64,000 bases of DNA from Bacillota bacterium (GTDB taxonomy: Bacteria > Bacillota > Clostridia > Peptostreptococcales > Anaerovoracaceae), in assembly GCA_019420305.1 (NCBI GenBank), contig JAHZHL010000005.1, forward strand, positions 13,480 to 77,479. The letters are read 5' to 3'. The position numbers and the translations under genes were made by a program. The notes beneath the pieces are model-generated. The model was not told the DNA's origin, made no database searches, and saw nothing but the letters and a program-made list of their open reading frames with translations. This document shows, in pieces, positions 1 to 10,129 of the stretch (the first letter of the stretch is position 1; every line of letters begins with the position of its first letter).

Positions 1-1
1 T

Positions 2-589
2 TCCTGCTTTGTGGAAGATCCGGCAGTTATCACAAGAAAATGCGCAATCATTACAAATCCGGGAGCTCCGTCCAGAAACGGAGAAAAGGATGAAATTATC
101 GGCGCCGTAAGAAAATTCTTCCCGGAAGACAAGATCGAATATATCAAGGCTCCGGGAACGTTAGAAGGCGGCGACGTTATGATGGTGGGTGACCATTTCT
201 ATGTGGGACGTTCCGCGAGAACCAATGAAGAGGGCATCAAACAGTTTATCGCGATTCTGGAAAAGCACGGACTCAGCGGCTCCGAAGTTCCTCTTGAAAA
301 AGTGCTTCACCTGAAGACCGGAGTAAACTACATTGAGAACAATAACATGCTGGTATCCGGTGAATTTATTGATAAGCCGGATTTCGCGAAATACAATAAA
401 ATTGTAATTCCGGAAGAGGAAGCATATGCTGCCAACTGTATCTGGGTAAACGACAAAGTAATTGTACCGGAAGGATATCCGGCTGTAGAGAAGGCAGTAA
501 AAGACGCGGGATATGAAGTTCTGCTGGTAGATACTTCCGAATACAGAAAGCTGGACGGTGGACTGAGCTGCCTGTCGCTGCGTTTCTAA
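2..589 (+). CDS. amidinotransferase-fold enzyme (dimethylarginine dimethylaminohydrolase / arginine deiminase-like), 5' end cut by the window edge
   Basis: The frame is open from the window edge. The C-terminus ...RKLDGGLSCLSLRF has the conserved catalytic Cys context of guanidino-group modifying enzymes. A terminator follows. Confidence 0.65.
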   Translation, partial: SCFVEDPAVITRKCAIITNPGAPSRNGEKDEIIGAVRKFFPEDKIEYIKAPGTLEGGDVMMVGDHFYVGRSARTNEEGIKQFIAILEKHGLSGSEVPLEKVLHLKTGVNYIENNNMLVSGEFIDKPDFAKYNKIVIPEEEAYAANCIWVNDKVIVPEGYPAVEKAVKDAGYEVLLVDTSEYRKLDGGLSCLSLRF

Positions 590-612
590 GAGACAAGCAA
601 GAAGAGCCAAAA

Positions 613-656
613 ACCTGTATCCTTAGAACATGGATACGGGTTTTTCCTTTTTTTTG
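613..656 (+). terminator. rho-independent terminator
   Basis: 10-bp stem acctgtatcc/ggatacgggt (one G-U pair) followed by a T-run ttttccttttttttg. Confidence 0.7.
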
Positions 657-695
657 TGTGTTTTGTGTATAATTTATTCAAAGATGAGGAAAATA

Positions 696-724
696 TTGAC
701 AGATAACTGCCCGTCGAATATAAT
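696..724 (+). promoter_or_regulatory. sigma-A type promoter, TTGACA-17 nt-TATAAT
   Basis: Exact consensus hexamers at 696-701 and 719-724 with a 17-nt spacer, about 120 nt upstream of the permease start. Confidence 0.6.
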
Positions 725-841
725 GAAACTGTCAGAGCGAAAGAGCGGCTTTAAAAGCGTCCGGCCCTTGTCGTTTTGCGGCTCTCAACTGACAGGCAAT
801 TATACCTTTATTAAATGAATAAAAGAAGGACGTGAATTATT

Positions 842-2287
842 ATGGAAAATCCAAAAGAAAAGGGGCTCGGCACGCTGAGGCTGACCATGTTCGGTATCGG
901 GCTGATTCTGGCCAGCGGCGCTTTTGCGATTCCCGGAGATTTCGCGGCTGCGGGAGCGTATCCTCTGGCGTCGCTGATTGGATGGGGAATTACCGGCGTC
1001 GGAATGCTTTCCTTGTGTCTTTGTTATTTCCGGCTCAGTATTGTAAAACCGCAGCTTACCAGTGGGCTTTACACTTACGCGAGAGAAGGGTTTGGCGAGT
1101 TTATCGGGTTTTGTTCTGCCTGGGGGTACTGGATCAGCGCGATTCTGGCGCAGATTTCTTTCCTTACAATGCTGTTTTCCTCACTGGGGCATTTCTTCCC
1201 CGGTGCCTTTGGAGCCGGAAACAATTTAACTTCAATTCTTACTGCGTCGGTGATCGTATGGGTGCTGGCTTTTCTCATTTCAAGAGGAATCAATCAGGCT
1301 GTGACGATTAATGTTATCGTGGTACTGGCAAAACTGCTGCCGATCCTCGTACTGCTGGTGGCGATTATCTTTGCCGGAGCGTTTGATCCCGATGTGTTTA
1401 TGGCAAACTTTACCGGAGAGGATTCCGGTATGACACTGATAGAACAGGTAAAGGGAACTACCTTTATCACCGTATGGATCTTCATCGGGATTGAAGGAGC
1501 GGTTGTAATTTCTCAGCGAGCGAAGACGACAAAGGACGCGGGAAGAGCGACCGTAATCTGCTTTCTGTGCATGCTGGCGCTGTATATGATGATATCCGTG
1601 CTGAGCATGGGTGTGCTTCCAACGGAAGAGCTGGCGGAGCTTTCGACTCCTTCTATGGCTGGAGTACTGGAAGCGGTTGTCGGCAGCTGGGGCGCGACCC
1701 TGGTGAACGTAGCGGTGATCATATCCATAGCGGGCGCGCTGTTTACCTATACGATTTTATGCGTGGACAGCGCTTACGCGCCGGCGTCAAAGGGGTGTTT
1801 TCCGAAGTTTTTCGCTAGAGTAAACGAGCGGGGGACCCCGGTTACCTCACTGTTGCTGTCAACGGTTGTAATTCAGATCTTTCTGATCATTATTTATTTT
1901 AATGATTCTACTTATCAGATCTGTTACTCTCTTTCCACCAGTATGATTATGTTCCCGTATTTCCTGTCCGGGCTGTATTGCCTGAAAATTACCTTCAAGG
2001 GTGAAACGCTGGAGGGACTCAGCGGCGGCGCGAAGGCAGGAACATGGATCATCGCCGTTATCGGCGCGGTATACGGAGCGTGGATGCTTTACGCCAGCGG
2101 CTGGCAGGCGGTATTATCTTCCGCGGTGCTGTTTGGACCGGGAATTTTGCTTTATGCCTATACACAAAGGCAGAAAGCAGAGAAAATTTTTCCAAGAGTG
2201 GTTGATACAGTTGCAGTTGTTGTGGTTGTCGTTGCGTTTGTTCTGTCAATCATGTTCATGGCAAACGGTACGATTCAGATGTTTTAG
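842..2287 (+). CDS. APC-superfamily basic amino acid antiporter, ArcD-like (arginine:ornithine antiporter candidate)
   Basis: 481 aa and multi-TM. It has motifs recalled from ArcD-type antiporters: GLYTYAREGFGEFIGFCSAWGYWIS and GNNLTSILTASVIVW. It sits next to a guanidino-modifying enzyme gene. Confidence 0.8.
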   Translation: MENPKEKGLGTLRLTMFGIGLILASGAFAIPGDFAAAGAYPLASLIGWGITGVGMLSLCLCYFRLSIVKPQLTSGLYTYAREGFGEFIGFCSAWGYWISAILAQISFLTMLFSSLGHFFPGAFGAGNNLTSILTASVIVWVLAFLISRGINQAVTINVIVVLAKLLPILVLLVAIIFAGAFDPDVFMANFTGEDSGMTLIEQVKGTTFITVWIFIGIEGAVVISQRAKTTKDAGRATVICFLCMLALYMMISVLSMGVLPTEELAELSTPSMAGVLEAVVGSWGATLVNVAVIISIAGALFTYTILCVDSAYAPASKGCFPKFFARVNERGTPVTSLLLSTVVIQIFLIIIYFNDSTYQICYSLSTSMIMFPYFLSGLYCLKITFKGETLEGLSGGAKAGTWIIAVIGAVYGAWMLYASGWQAVLSSAVLFGPGILLYAYTQRQKAEKIFPRVVDTVAVVVVVVAFVLSIMFMANGTIQMF

Positions 2288-2320
2288 AAATTAAAGTTCA
2301 CGAACTATGGGGCCGGACAG

Positions 2321-2362
2321 CCGGAACTGAAAGCATGCTTTTTTCGGTTCCGGTTTCTTTTT
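2321..2362 (+). terminator. rho-independent terminator
   Basis: ccggaac ... gttccgg stem enclosing an inner aaagca/tgcttt palindrome, followed by tttcttttt. Confidence 0.55.
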
Positions 2363-2372
2363 GAACAGACAC

Positions 2373-2400
2373 TTGCCGGACGGGTCGGTACCCATATAAT
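2373..2400 (+). promoter_or_regulatory. candidate promoter, TTGCCG-16 nt-TATAAT
   Basis: Hexamers at 2373-2378 and 2395-2400, about 37 nt upstream of the ATG at 2437. Confidence 0.45.
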
Positions 2401-2436
2401 AAATGCAGCAAGGGAAGAGAAAAGAGGTAAAACCAT

Positions 2437-4086
2437 ATGTACGCATATCAAATCAAAATTTCGCTGGAAGATGTTGTCCCACAGGTCTGGAGAAGAGCGA
2501 TTATTCCGGGAGGAATCTCTTTCTCCCGAATGGCGGCAATGCTGAACGATATTATGGGCTGGTCGGGCACCCATCTTTACGCGCTGGTAACATCTTCAGG
2601 GTTTCATGTGTCCGGAGCGCCCGAGGGAGCTGAGGAAGAACTGGATGATTTTGTCCTTGAAGAGCAGGGAATGACCGGAGGCGGGCAGGAAATTGATGAG
2701 GTCTTTTGTAACAACAAAGACTTTCTTTATATTTATGATCGGGGAGATAGCTGGGAGCACAGGGTGGAAATTGAAAAAAGAGAAGCAGCGAAGGAAGTTT
2801 ATCCGCGGATTCTTATGGGAGAAGGGAGCTGTCCGCCGGAGGATTGCGGCGGAGCGGCGGTTTTTATGGAACTGATGGAGCACCCTTCGGATGTGGAGCA
2901 GGAACTTGCGGACATGTACAGGGAAGAAATGGAGCCATTTGATCTGGAAAGAACCAATGAATTTCTTAAGGCAGTTTATGGAGGAGAGGCGTTTTCGGAA
3001 CTGCCGGAAGCGCTCTGCGATGGAGCTCTGGATATCCTGTCAGTGGATCCGAAGCTGCTGCCAAATCTATCGGAATCTCTGATCTCTTACCGGGCGGCGG
3101 ATCTGAAAGCGCTGTGGAAAAAATGGGAGATGAAAGGCTACAGCGGCTTGCGGAAGCAGGAACTTGCGGATAGGCTGGCAGATGTTCTGACAGATCCGGA
3201 TACTATGAGCGGAGAGCTTTGCGCAATGCGGGAAGAACAGCTGTCTTTCTTTGAAACCCTTCAGGAGAACCCAGTGTATGCAGTCGAGCTGACACTGGAG
3301 GCGCGCGCACAGGCCGGCCTTTTTATGGAAAAAGGTTACGCTTTCCTTACAGAAGAGCTTATTTTCTTTATTCCAAAAGAAATTAAAGAATGTTACAGAC
3401 GGATGAATCGAGCGGTGTTTGAAGAAAAGCGGCGGCGGGCTCGTCAGATCCTGGACTACTGTATGGCGGCGGCAAACCTTTATGGTATTGTCGAGATAGA
3501 TAAATTGATTGAGATTTTTAACGGACAGAACAAAGTGCCTTTGGATGAGGAAGAACTATTCGCGGTGCTGGCGCTGCAGGAGGATGACGAAGAGCGTTGG
3601 ATTGCCTGCGGACAGACGTATCTTTATGACAACGCGATTCAGTGGGACATCTTTGAAGCCATTTTGCAGCAACAGATGGGAAAGCCCTATTATATACCGC
3701 AGCAGGAAGCGTTTTTGCGCTATGCGGATCTGAATTACTGTGAGAAACCGTTGGCATGGAAGGCAGTGGAACGCTTTTTCAAAAAAGAGATGAGGTTGAA
3801 GGATTTTGACGCGGAATTTTTGTGCCATGAGCTGCAGATGATTGTCCATGTTGGTGGAGATCCCGATACGGTTTTCGAAACTCTTGGAGAGTTTCAGGTG
3901 CCGGAACCGACGGAAAGGCAGATGATACAGATGACGGATCTTCTGATGGACGCGTGGAACTGTACCAGAATGGTGACAAACCGTGGTTTTACCCCCAATG
4001 AAATGAAGGGAATGGAGAGTCCCTGCGCAAAAGGCGGCGAGATTCCGGACAATATCATTCCTTTTCCGGGGCTGCAAAAGGAATAG
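2437..4086 (+). CDS. pRiA4b ORF-3 family (MM3350-like domain) protein with a long uncharacterised C-terminal region
   Basis: The N-terminus YQIKISLEDVVPQVWRRAIIPGGISFSRMAAMLNDIMGWSGTHLY...DSWEHRVEIEK matches the family signature as I recall it. The middle segment RAADLKALWKKWEMKGYSGLRKQELADRLADVL looks like a SAP/Rho-N type helix pair. Confidence 0.7.
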   Translation: MYAYQIKISLEDVVPQVWRRAIIPGGISFSRMAAMLNDIMGWSGTHLYALVTSSGFHVSGAPEGAEEELDDFVLEEQGMTGGGQEIDEVFCNNKDFLYIYDRGDSWEHRVEIEKREAAKEVYPRILMGEGSCPPEDCGGAAVFMELMEHPSDVEQELADMYREEMEPFDLERTNEFLKAVYGGEAFSELPEALCDGALDILSVDPKLLPNLSESLISYRAADLKALWKKWEMKGYSGLRKQELADRLADVLTDPDTMSGELCAMREEQLSFFETLQENPVYAVELTLEARAQAGLFMEKGYAFLTEELIFFIPKEIKECYRRMNRAVFEEKRRRARQILDYCMAAANLYGIVEIDKLIEIFNGQNKVPLDEEELFAVLALQEDDEERWIACGQTYLYDNAIQWDIFEAILQQQMGKPYYIPQQEAFLRYADLNYCEKPLAWKAVERFFKKEMRLKDFDAEFLCHELQMIVHVGGDPDTVFETLGEFQVPEPTERQMIQMTDLLMDAWNCTRMVTNRGFTPNEMKGMESPCAKGGEIPDNIIPFPGLQKE

Positions 4087-4129
4087 TTCTTTCTGATTTT
4101 ACAGATTTCGATCAATTCCTCTTTTTCTA

Positions 4130-4158
4130 TTGACGAGAAAAATCCCTTGTGATATACT
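4130..4158 (+). promoter_or_regulatory. pyr operon promoter, TTGACG-17 nt-TATACT
   Basis: Hexamers at 4130-4135 and 4153-4158, 43 nt upstream of the pyrC ATG. Confidence 0.6.
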
Positions 4159-4200
4159 ATCGAAGATTTAGGCTGAAGATGGAAATGGAAAGGAGCAGGG

Positions 4201-5460
4201 ATGAAAACCTTACTGAAAAACGGGCACATTTTCACGGAAAAGGGATTTGAAAAAAGAGACGTTTTTGTAGTTGACGATCGTCTATCCTTTTCTGATTTTT
4301 CTACATATGATGAAAGCATCGACTGTGATTCTTTCCTTTTAATTCCAGGTTTTACCGATGTACATGTACACTTCCGGGAACCTGGTTTTTTTTATAAGGA
4401 AACGATCAAAACCGGAACTCAGGCGGCGGCCAGGGGCGGCTATACGGCGGTCTGCACCATGCCGAATCTGGACCCGGCGCCATCCAGTCTGGAGGCTCTG
4501 GAAAAACAGCTGGAGATTATCCGGCGGGACGCGGTTGTAAAAGTCTATCCCTACGGGACGATTACGAAAGAGCAGAACGGCAGGAGCGAACTTTCAGACA
4601 TGGAAGCCATGAAGGACTTTGTCATCGCCTATTCGGATGACGGAAAGGGTGTGCAGACGGCGGAGCGGATGGAAGAAGCCATGAGGAAGGCAAAAGCTCT
4701 GGGCAAAATCATTGTCGCTCACTGCGAGGATGAAAGCCTGCTGGAAGGAGGGTACATCCACAAAGGCGCTTACGCCGCGGCTCACGGACATAAAGGAATC
4801 TGTTCGGAAAGCGAATGGAAGCAGGTGGAGCGGGACCTGGATCTCTGTAAAAAGACCGGCGCGCACTATCATGTATGTCACATTTCCACAAAGGAAACGG
4901 TAGCGCTGATTCGACAGGCCAAGGAGGACGGTCTGCCGGTTACCTGTGAGACCGCGCCCCATTATCTGATTCTGTGCGAGGATGATCTGCGGGAGGACGG
5001 ACGTTTCAAAATGAATCCGCCGCTGCGGTCTTCCGCGGATAAAGCGGCGCTGATTGAGGGAATTCAGGATGGAACCATCGACATGATCGCTACGGATCAC
5101 GCTCCCCACAGCGAGGAAGAAAAGAGCCGGGGACTGGCGGACAGCGCCTTCGGCATTGTGGGCCTGGAAACCGCGTTTCCGGTACTGTACACCTTCCTCG
5201 TAAAAAAAGGCATTCTTTCACTGGAAACGTTAATTGAGCGGATGGCCATCGCTCCCCGCCGGGTATTCGGCATAGAAGGCGGATATCTGAAAGAGGGACA
5301 GATTGCGGATCTGGCGGTACTGGATCTGAAAGCCTCCGGAAATGTTCAGCCGGATCGGTTCCTTTCAAAGGGGCGCAGCACACCTTTCGCGGGACTGGAG
5401 GTTCAGGGAGAAAACGTGATGACCTTTGTAAATGGAAAACAGGTATACAGCAGGAGATAA
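4201..5460 (+). CDS. pyrC: dihydroorotase
   Basis: 419 aa with the metal-binding DVHVHFREPG motif, MPN, and ATDHAPH. Lies in the pyr operon. Confidence 0.9.
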   Translation: MKTLLKNGHIFTEKGFEKRDVFVVDDRLSFSDFSTYDESIDCDSFLLIPGFTDVHVHFREPGFFYKETIKTGTQAAARGGYTAVCTMPNLDPAPSSLEALEKQLEIIRRDAVVKVYPYGTITKEQNGRSELSDMEAMKDFVIAYSDDGKGVQTAERMEEAMRKAKALGKIIVAHCEDESLLEGGYIHKGAYAAAHGHKGICSESEWKQVERDLDLCKKTGAHYHVCHISTKETVALIRQAKEDGLPVTCETAPHYLILCEDDLREDGRFKMNPPLRSSADKAALIEGIQDGTIDMIATDHAPHSEEEKSRGLADSAFGIVGLETAFPVLYTFLVKKGILSLETLIERMAIAPRRVFGIEGGYLKEGQIADLAVLDLKASGNVQPDRFLSKGRSTPFAGLEVQGENVMTFVNGKQVYSRR

Positions 5461-5463
5461 GCA

Positions 5464-6195
5464 ATGAAAAGGAACAAGTATACGATAATCGAAAACCGGC
5501 CGCTGACCCGGGAAGTTTATGAAATGAAGCTCGGCGGAGACACCTCGGAAATTTCCGCGCCCGGACAGTTTGTGAATATCAAACTGGAGGGGTTTTATCT
5601 GAGAAGGCCCATTTCCATTTGTGATTGGAAGGAAGGGGAACTTACGATTCTTTATAAAGTTGTCGGACAGGGAACCAAGGCCATGGCAGAGATGAAAGAA
5701 GGCGGCGTGCTGGATCTTCTTTGCCCCCTTGGAAACGGTTATGATCTGGATAAGATCGCCCAGGCTTCGGAGGCGCCGCTGCTTGCGGGAGGCGGCGTGG
5801 GAATCCCTCCTATGTACGGCCTGGCGAAATCGCTGCTTGCCAGAGGACTGCGGCCGCAGGTTGTTCTGGGCTTCAACACGAAGGACGAGATTTTTTATGA
5901 AGCGGAATTTCGGATCCTGGGACTTGCGGTAACCGTGATGACGGCAGACGGAAGCTATGGGAAACAGGGCTTTGTGACGGACGGATTTGACGCTGCGGAT
6001 TATGCCTGCGCCTGCGGTCCGGAGCCTATGCTGAAAGCGGTATGGGAGAAGGCCGCGGACGGACAGTTCAGCTTTGAGGCCAGAATGGCCTGCGGCTTTG
6101 GCGGCTGCATGGGATGCAGCTGCAAGACAAAATACGGAAGCAAACGGATCTGCAAAGATGGTCCGGTTCTGGAAAGGGGGGAAATCCTGTGGTAG
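5464..6195 (+). CDS. pyrK: dihydroorotate dehydrogenase electron-transfer subunit
   Basis: 243 aa FAD/NAD-binding fold with the C-terminal Cys cluster CGFGGCMGCSC. Lies immediately upstream of pyrD. Confidence 0.9.
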   Translation: MKRNKYTIIENRPLTREVYEMKLGGDTSEISAPGQFVNIKLEGFYLRRPISICDWKEGELTILYKVVGQGTKAMAEMKEGGVLDLLCPLGNGYDLDKIAQASEAPLLAGGGVGIPPMYGLAKSLLARGLRPQVVLGFNTKDEIFYEAEFRILGLAVTVMTADGSYGKQGFVTDGFDAADYACACGPEPMLKAVWEKAADGQFSFEARMACGFGGCMGCSCKTKYGSKRICKDGPVLERGEILW

Positions 6196-7100
6196 ATTTA
6201 AGCGTATCTTTAAGCGGACTGACGCTTTCCAACCCGGTGATTCCGGCAAGCGGAACCTTCGGGTACGGAAAGGAGTACGCGGAACTTTATGACATTAACA
6301 TTCTGGGATCCCTTTCCTTTAAGGGGACTACACGGGAAGAGCGGTTCGGAAATCCTCAGCCGAGAATCGCCGAATGCGCGGAAGGGATGATTAATTCGGT
6401 AGGTCTGCAGAATCCGGGGCTTGCGGCGGTGATTGAGAAAGAACTTCCGGAACTTTCGAAGATATATAAAAAGCCGGTAATTGCCAATATCAGCGGATTT
6501 TCCATCGAAGAATACGTGCAGTGCGCAAAGGCGATGAACGATGTATCTCAGGTGGGGATTCTGGAGGTCAATGTAAGCTGCCCTAACGTTCACGATGGCG
6601 GAATGGCGTTCGGCGTACTGCCGGAAAGCGCGGCGGCAGTGACAAAGGCCGTTAAGGAAGTTGCCGCAAAGCCGGTGTACATCAAGCTGAGTCCCAACGT
6701 GACGGATATTGTTTCCATCGCCAAAGCCTGTGAAGAGGCGGGAGCGGACGGACTGAGCCTGATTAACACTCTGCTGGGAATGCGGATCGATATTAAAAGA
6801 AGGCAGCCGGTGATTGCCAATAAAATGGGCGGCTTTTCGGGTCCGGCCATTTTTCCGGTAGCGGTGCGCATGGTATATCAGGTTTCCAAAGCGGTGGATA
6901 TACCGGTTATCGGAATGGGCGGCGTTTCCAGCGCAAGAGACGTGATTGAAATGATGATGGCGGGAGCCTCAGCGGTGCAGGTAGGAGCGGCCAATCTGGT
7001 GAACCCTTACGCCTGCAAAGAAATCATCGAAGAGCTTCCGGCGGTTATGGAAGAACTGGGAATTGAGAATCTGAGAGATATTATCGGAATCATAGATTAA
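6189..7100 (+). CDS. pyrD: dihydroorotate dehydrogenase 1B catalytic subunit
   Basis: Contains [15 protein letters not shown] and SCPN motifs. I chose the GTG at 6189, which overlaps the pyrK stop (GTGGTAG), over the listed upstream extension that runs inside pyrK. Confidence 0.9.
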   Translation: MVDLSVSLSGLTLSNPVIPASGTFGYGKEYAELYDINILGSLSFKGTTREERFGNPQPRIAECAEGMINSVGLQNPGLAAVIEKELPELSKIYKKPVIANISGFSIEEYVQCAKAMNDVSQVGILEVNVSCPNVHDGGMAFGVLPESAAAVTKAVKEVAAKPVYIKLSPNVTDIVSIAKACEEAGADGLSLINTLLGMRIDIKRRQPVIANKMGGFSGPAIFPVAVRMVYQVSKAVDIPVIGMGGVSSARDVIEMMMAGASAVQVGAANLVNPYACKEIIEELPAVMEELGIENLRDIIGIID

Positions 7101-7116
7101 GAAAAGGAGGCAGCAG

Positions 7117-7818
7117 ATGGGAAAAGATGTAATGGTAGCTCTTGACTTCAAGAGCGGAGAGGAAGCGCTGAACTTTCTCGATCAGTTTACAGGAAAACAG
7201 CTTTATGTAAAGGTGGGAATGGAGCTTTACTACGCGGAAGGTCCGTCGATTATCCGGGAAATCAAGAAGCGGGGACACAAACTGTTCCTGGATTTAAAGC
7301 TTCACGACATTCCCAATACTGTGGAAAAGGCCATGGCGGTACTGTCCCGGCTGGATGTGGATATGGTAAATCTGCACGCGGCGGGTACCATTGAAATGAT
7401 GAAGGCGGCTCTGCGGGGGCTGACCAGAGAGGATGGCACAAGACCTCTTCTTATTGCGGTAACGCAGCTTACTTCCACCAGTCAGGAACGGATGCAGAAA
7501 GAGTTGCTGATCCCCGAAGAACTGGATCAGGTAGTCATTCAGTACGCAAAAAACGCGGCGGAGGCCGGCCTTGACGGAGTTGTATGTTCTCCTCTGGAAT
7601 CAGGCAAGATCCATGAAGCCTGCGGCAGCGGATTTCTGACCGTAACGCCGGGGGTGCGCTTTGATGACGCCAGCAAGGGGGATCAGGTGAGAGTAACCAC
7701 TCCGGCCAAAGCAAAGGAGCTGGGCTCCGATTATATTGTAGTAGGGCGGCCCATTACCCAGGCGGAGGATCCGGTGGCTGCCTATGAACGTTGTGTAAGT
7801 GAATTTGTGAACGCATAG
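7117..7818 (+). CDS. pyrF: orotidine 5'-phosphate decarboxylase
   Basis: 233 aa with LDFK..., [13 protein letters not shown] and VGRPIT motifs. A strong RBS aaaaggagg lies upstream. Confidence 0.9.
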   Translation: MGKDVMVALDFKSGEEALNFLDQFTGKQLYVKVGMELYYAEGPSIIREIKKRGHKLFLDLKLHDIPNTVEKAMAVLSRLDVDMVNLHAAGTIEMMKAALRGLTREDGTRPLLIAVTQLTSTSQERMQKELLIPEELDQVVIQYAKNAAEAGLDGVVCSPLESGKIHEACGSGFLTVTPGVRFDDASKGDQVRVTTPAKAKELGSDYIVVGRPITQAEDPVAAYERCVSEFVNA

Positions 7819-7829
7819 GAGGTAGGAAA

Positions 7830-8477
7830 ATGGCAGACAGAAAACAAGAAATCGCGAAAGGTCTTTTATCCATCGGGGCGGTCTTCCTGCGCCCGGACGA
7901 GCCCTTTACCTGGGCCAGCGGAATCAAAAGCCCGATTTACTGTGATAATCGCCTGACGCTGACGGCGCCGGAAGTACGGATTAAAGTGGAGGAAGGCCTG
8001 GCGGAAACCATTCGGGAGCATTATCCGGAATGTGAAGTGCTGATGGGAACCAGCACGGCGGGAATCGCTCACGCGGCGATTACCGGTCACATCATGGGGC
8101 TGCCTATGGGATATGTGCGGGGTTCCGCCAAAGATCACGGGCGTACTAACCAGATTGAAGGAAAGCTGGAAAAAGGGCAGAAAGTGGTTGTCATTGAAGA
8201 CCTGATTTCTACGGCGGGATCGGTTCTGGATACCGTAAAAGCTCTGCGGGAAGCGGGAGCGGAGGTTCTGGGAATCGCCAGCATCTTTACTTACGGTATG
8301 GCAAAGGGAAAAGAGCGTATGGCCGCGGCGGACATTCAGAATATCAGCCTCTGCGATCTGGACACGTTAGTGGAAGTGGCGGCAGAGGAAGGCTATATTA
8401 AAAAAGAGGATGTGGAACGCTTAATCGCGTTCCGGGATAACCCTTCGGATGAGGGATGGATGAAAGGAGACAAATAA
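7830..8477 (+). CDS. pyrE: orotate phosphoribosyltransferase
   Basis: 215 aa with the PRPP-binding loop [13 protein letters not shown]. Confidence 0.9.
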   Translation: MADRKQEIAKGLLSIGAVFLRPDEPFTWASGIKSPIYCDNRLTLTAPEVRIKVEEGLAETIREHYPECEVLMGTSTAGIAHAAITGHIMGLPMGYVRGSAKDHGRTNQIEGKLEKGQKVVVIEDLISTAGSVLDTVKALREAGAEVLGIASIFTYGMAKGKERMAAADIQNISLCDLDTLVEVAAEEGYIKKEDVERLIAFRDNPSDEGWMKGDK

Positions 8478-9401
8478 ATGGCAGAAGCAATTCGTAATCT
8501 AATCAGTATTTTGGACATGTCTGTGGAGGAAATCGATCATCTCATCGAGGTGGCGGATGATATTGTGGCAAATCACGATGACTACACGGAAATCTGCAGA
8601 GGGAAAAAGCTGGCCACGCTGTTTTTTGAACCGAGCACCAGAACAAGACTCAGCTTTGAAGCGGCTATGCTGGAACTTGGCGGCAGTGTGCTGGGCTTTT
8701 CCGAAGCGTCCTCCAGCTCCGCGGCTAAGGGCGAAAGTGTAAGCGACACCGTGCGGACCGTAGGCTGCTACGCGGATATTATCGCTATGCGCCACCCGAA
8801 GGAAGGTGCGCCGCTGGTCGCTTCCAGAAGAACGACAGTTCCTATCATCAACGCGGGAGACGGCGGACATTTCCATCCGACCCAGACCCTGACCGACCTT
8901 CTGACCATTAAGAGAAAGAAAGGGGAACTGGGCAACATTACACTGGGACTGTGCGGAGACCTGCAGTTCGGAAGAACGGTTCACTCCCTGATCGAAGCCA
9001 TGCTCCGCTATCCGAATGTGAAGTTTGTGCTCATTTCGCCGGAAGAACTGCGTGTTCCGGAATACATCCGGGAAAAGCTCCGGGAAGCGGGAGCGCAGTG
9101 GTGTGAGGTAGAAAGCATGGAAGAAGTCATGCCGGAGCTGGACGTGCTGTACATGACCAGAGTGCAGAGAGAACGGTTCTTCAATGAAGAGGATTATGTA
9201 AGGCTGAAAGACACTTATATTCTGGATATGGAGAAGCTGGAAAACGCCAAGCCGGATCTGACTATCATGCATCCGCTGCCGAGGGTAAACGAAATTTCCG
9301 TAAAGGTGGACGATGATCCGCGGGCCTGCTATTTTGAACAGGCTCTGTGCGGCAAACATATCCGGATGGCGCTGATTTTGGATTTACTGGGAATCAAATA
9401 G
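8478..9401 (+). CDS. pyrB: aspartate carbamoyltransferase catalytic chain
   Basis: 307 aa with STRTR, HPTQ and HPLPR motifs. Confidence 0.95.
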   Translation: MAEAIRNLISILDMSVEEIDHLIEVADDIVANHDDYTEICRGKKLATLFFEPSTRTRLSFEAAMLELGGSVLGFSEASSSSAAKGESVSDTVRTVGCYADIIAMRHPKEGAPLVASRRTTVPIINAGDGGHFHPTQTLTDLLTIKRKKGELGNITLGLCGDLQFGRTVHSLIEAMLRYPNVKFVLISPEELRVPEYIREKLREAGAQWCEVESMEEVMPELDVLYMTRVQRERFFNEEDYVRLKDTYILDMEKLENAKPDLTIMHPLPRVNEISVKVDDDPRACYFEQALCGKHIRMALILDLLGIK

Positions 9402-9413
9402 GAGGTACGAGGA

Positions 9414-9839
9414 ATGAATATTGACGGTGTAAATACAGGAATTGTTCTGGACCATATCAAAGCGGGAAAGAGCATGGAGATTTATAACTACCTGCGGCTG
9501 GATAAGCTGGACTGCAGCGTGGCGGTTGTCCAGAATGTACGCAGCAGCAAATACGGAAAAAAGGACATCATCAAGATTGACGATGAGATTGAATTGGATT
9601 TTGAAATGCTGGGCTACATAGACAGCAATATCACCATTAACCGGGTTAAGGACGGAAAGCTGCAGAAAAAGGAGCATCTGGAACTGCCGGAGACTCTGAC
9701 CGATGTGATTAAATGTAAAAACCCCAGATGCATCACTTCCACGGAGCAGGAAATTACCCATATCTTTAAGCTGGCGGACCGGGAAAAAAAGATTTACCGC
9801 TGCGCTTACTGCGATGTGGAGCATAAAGAATATAAATAG
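9414..9839 (+). CDS. pyrI: aspartate carbamoyltransferase regulatory chain
   Basis: 141 aa with the C-terminal zinc motif CKNPRC...CAYC. Follows pyrB. Confidence 0.9.
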   Translation: MNIDGVNTGIVLDHIKAGKSMEIYNYLRLDKLDCSVAVVQNVRSSKYGKKDIIKIDDEIELDFEMLGYIDSNITINRVKDGKLQKKEHLELPETLTDVIKCKNPRCITSTEQEITHIFKLADREKKIYRCAYCDVEHKEYK

Positions 9840-9852
9840 TTTCTCAAAAGAC

Positions 9853-9895
9853 AAAGGCATGGGAGCGGAAATCCGAGGTTCCCATGTCTTTTGTA
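9853..9895 (+). terminator. rho-independent terminator of the pyr operon
   Basis: aaaggcatggga ... tcccatgtcttt stem followed by a T-rich tail. Confidence 0.7.
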
Positions 9896-10042
9896 TTAGG
9901 GAGAAAAGTCGGAGCCCTCGGAACGGGCAGGAATTATGTGCCCAATATACAAAATAGAGGGATTGGCTACAATACGGACAAAGAACCGGTGATACCGATG
10001 GTTCCTCTATGGGAAATTTATCGAAACAATGAGAAAATTTTC

Positions 10043-10071
10043 TTGATTCCTGGAAAGTAACAGACTATAAT
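10043..10071 (+). promoter_or_regulatory. candidate promoter, TTGATT-17 nt-TATAAT
   Basis: Hexamers at 10043-10048 and 10066-10071, about 60 nt upstream of the methyltransferase start. Confidence 0.55.
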
Positions 10072-10129
10072 TAGAAAAGTAATTTTTTGAAATGACAGGA
10101 AAGGCTCTCTTTTTTATTGAGGAGGAATT

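Noticed and set aside
832-1311. 159-aa ORF overlapping the start of the antiporter gene in another frame.
   Set aside because: It is out of frame with a gene that has strong family motifs. Its product is Arg/Cys-rich with no features.
4087-4200. Expected PyrR-binding attenuator upstream of pyrC.
   Set aside because: No ARUCCAGAGAGG-type binding loop or terminator/antiterminator pair is visible. No pyrR gene is in the window. Only a promoter is called.
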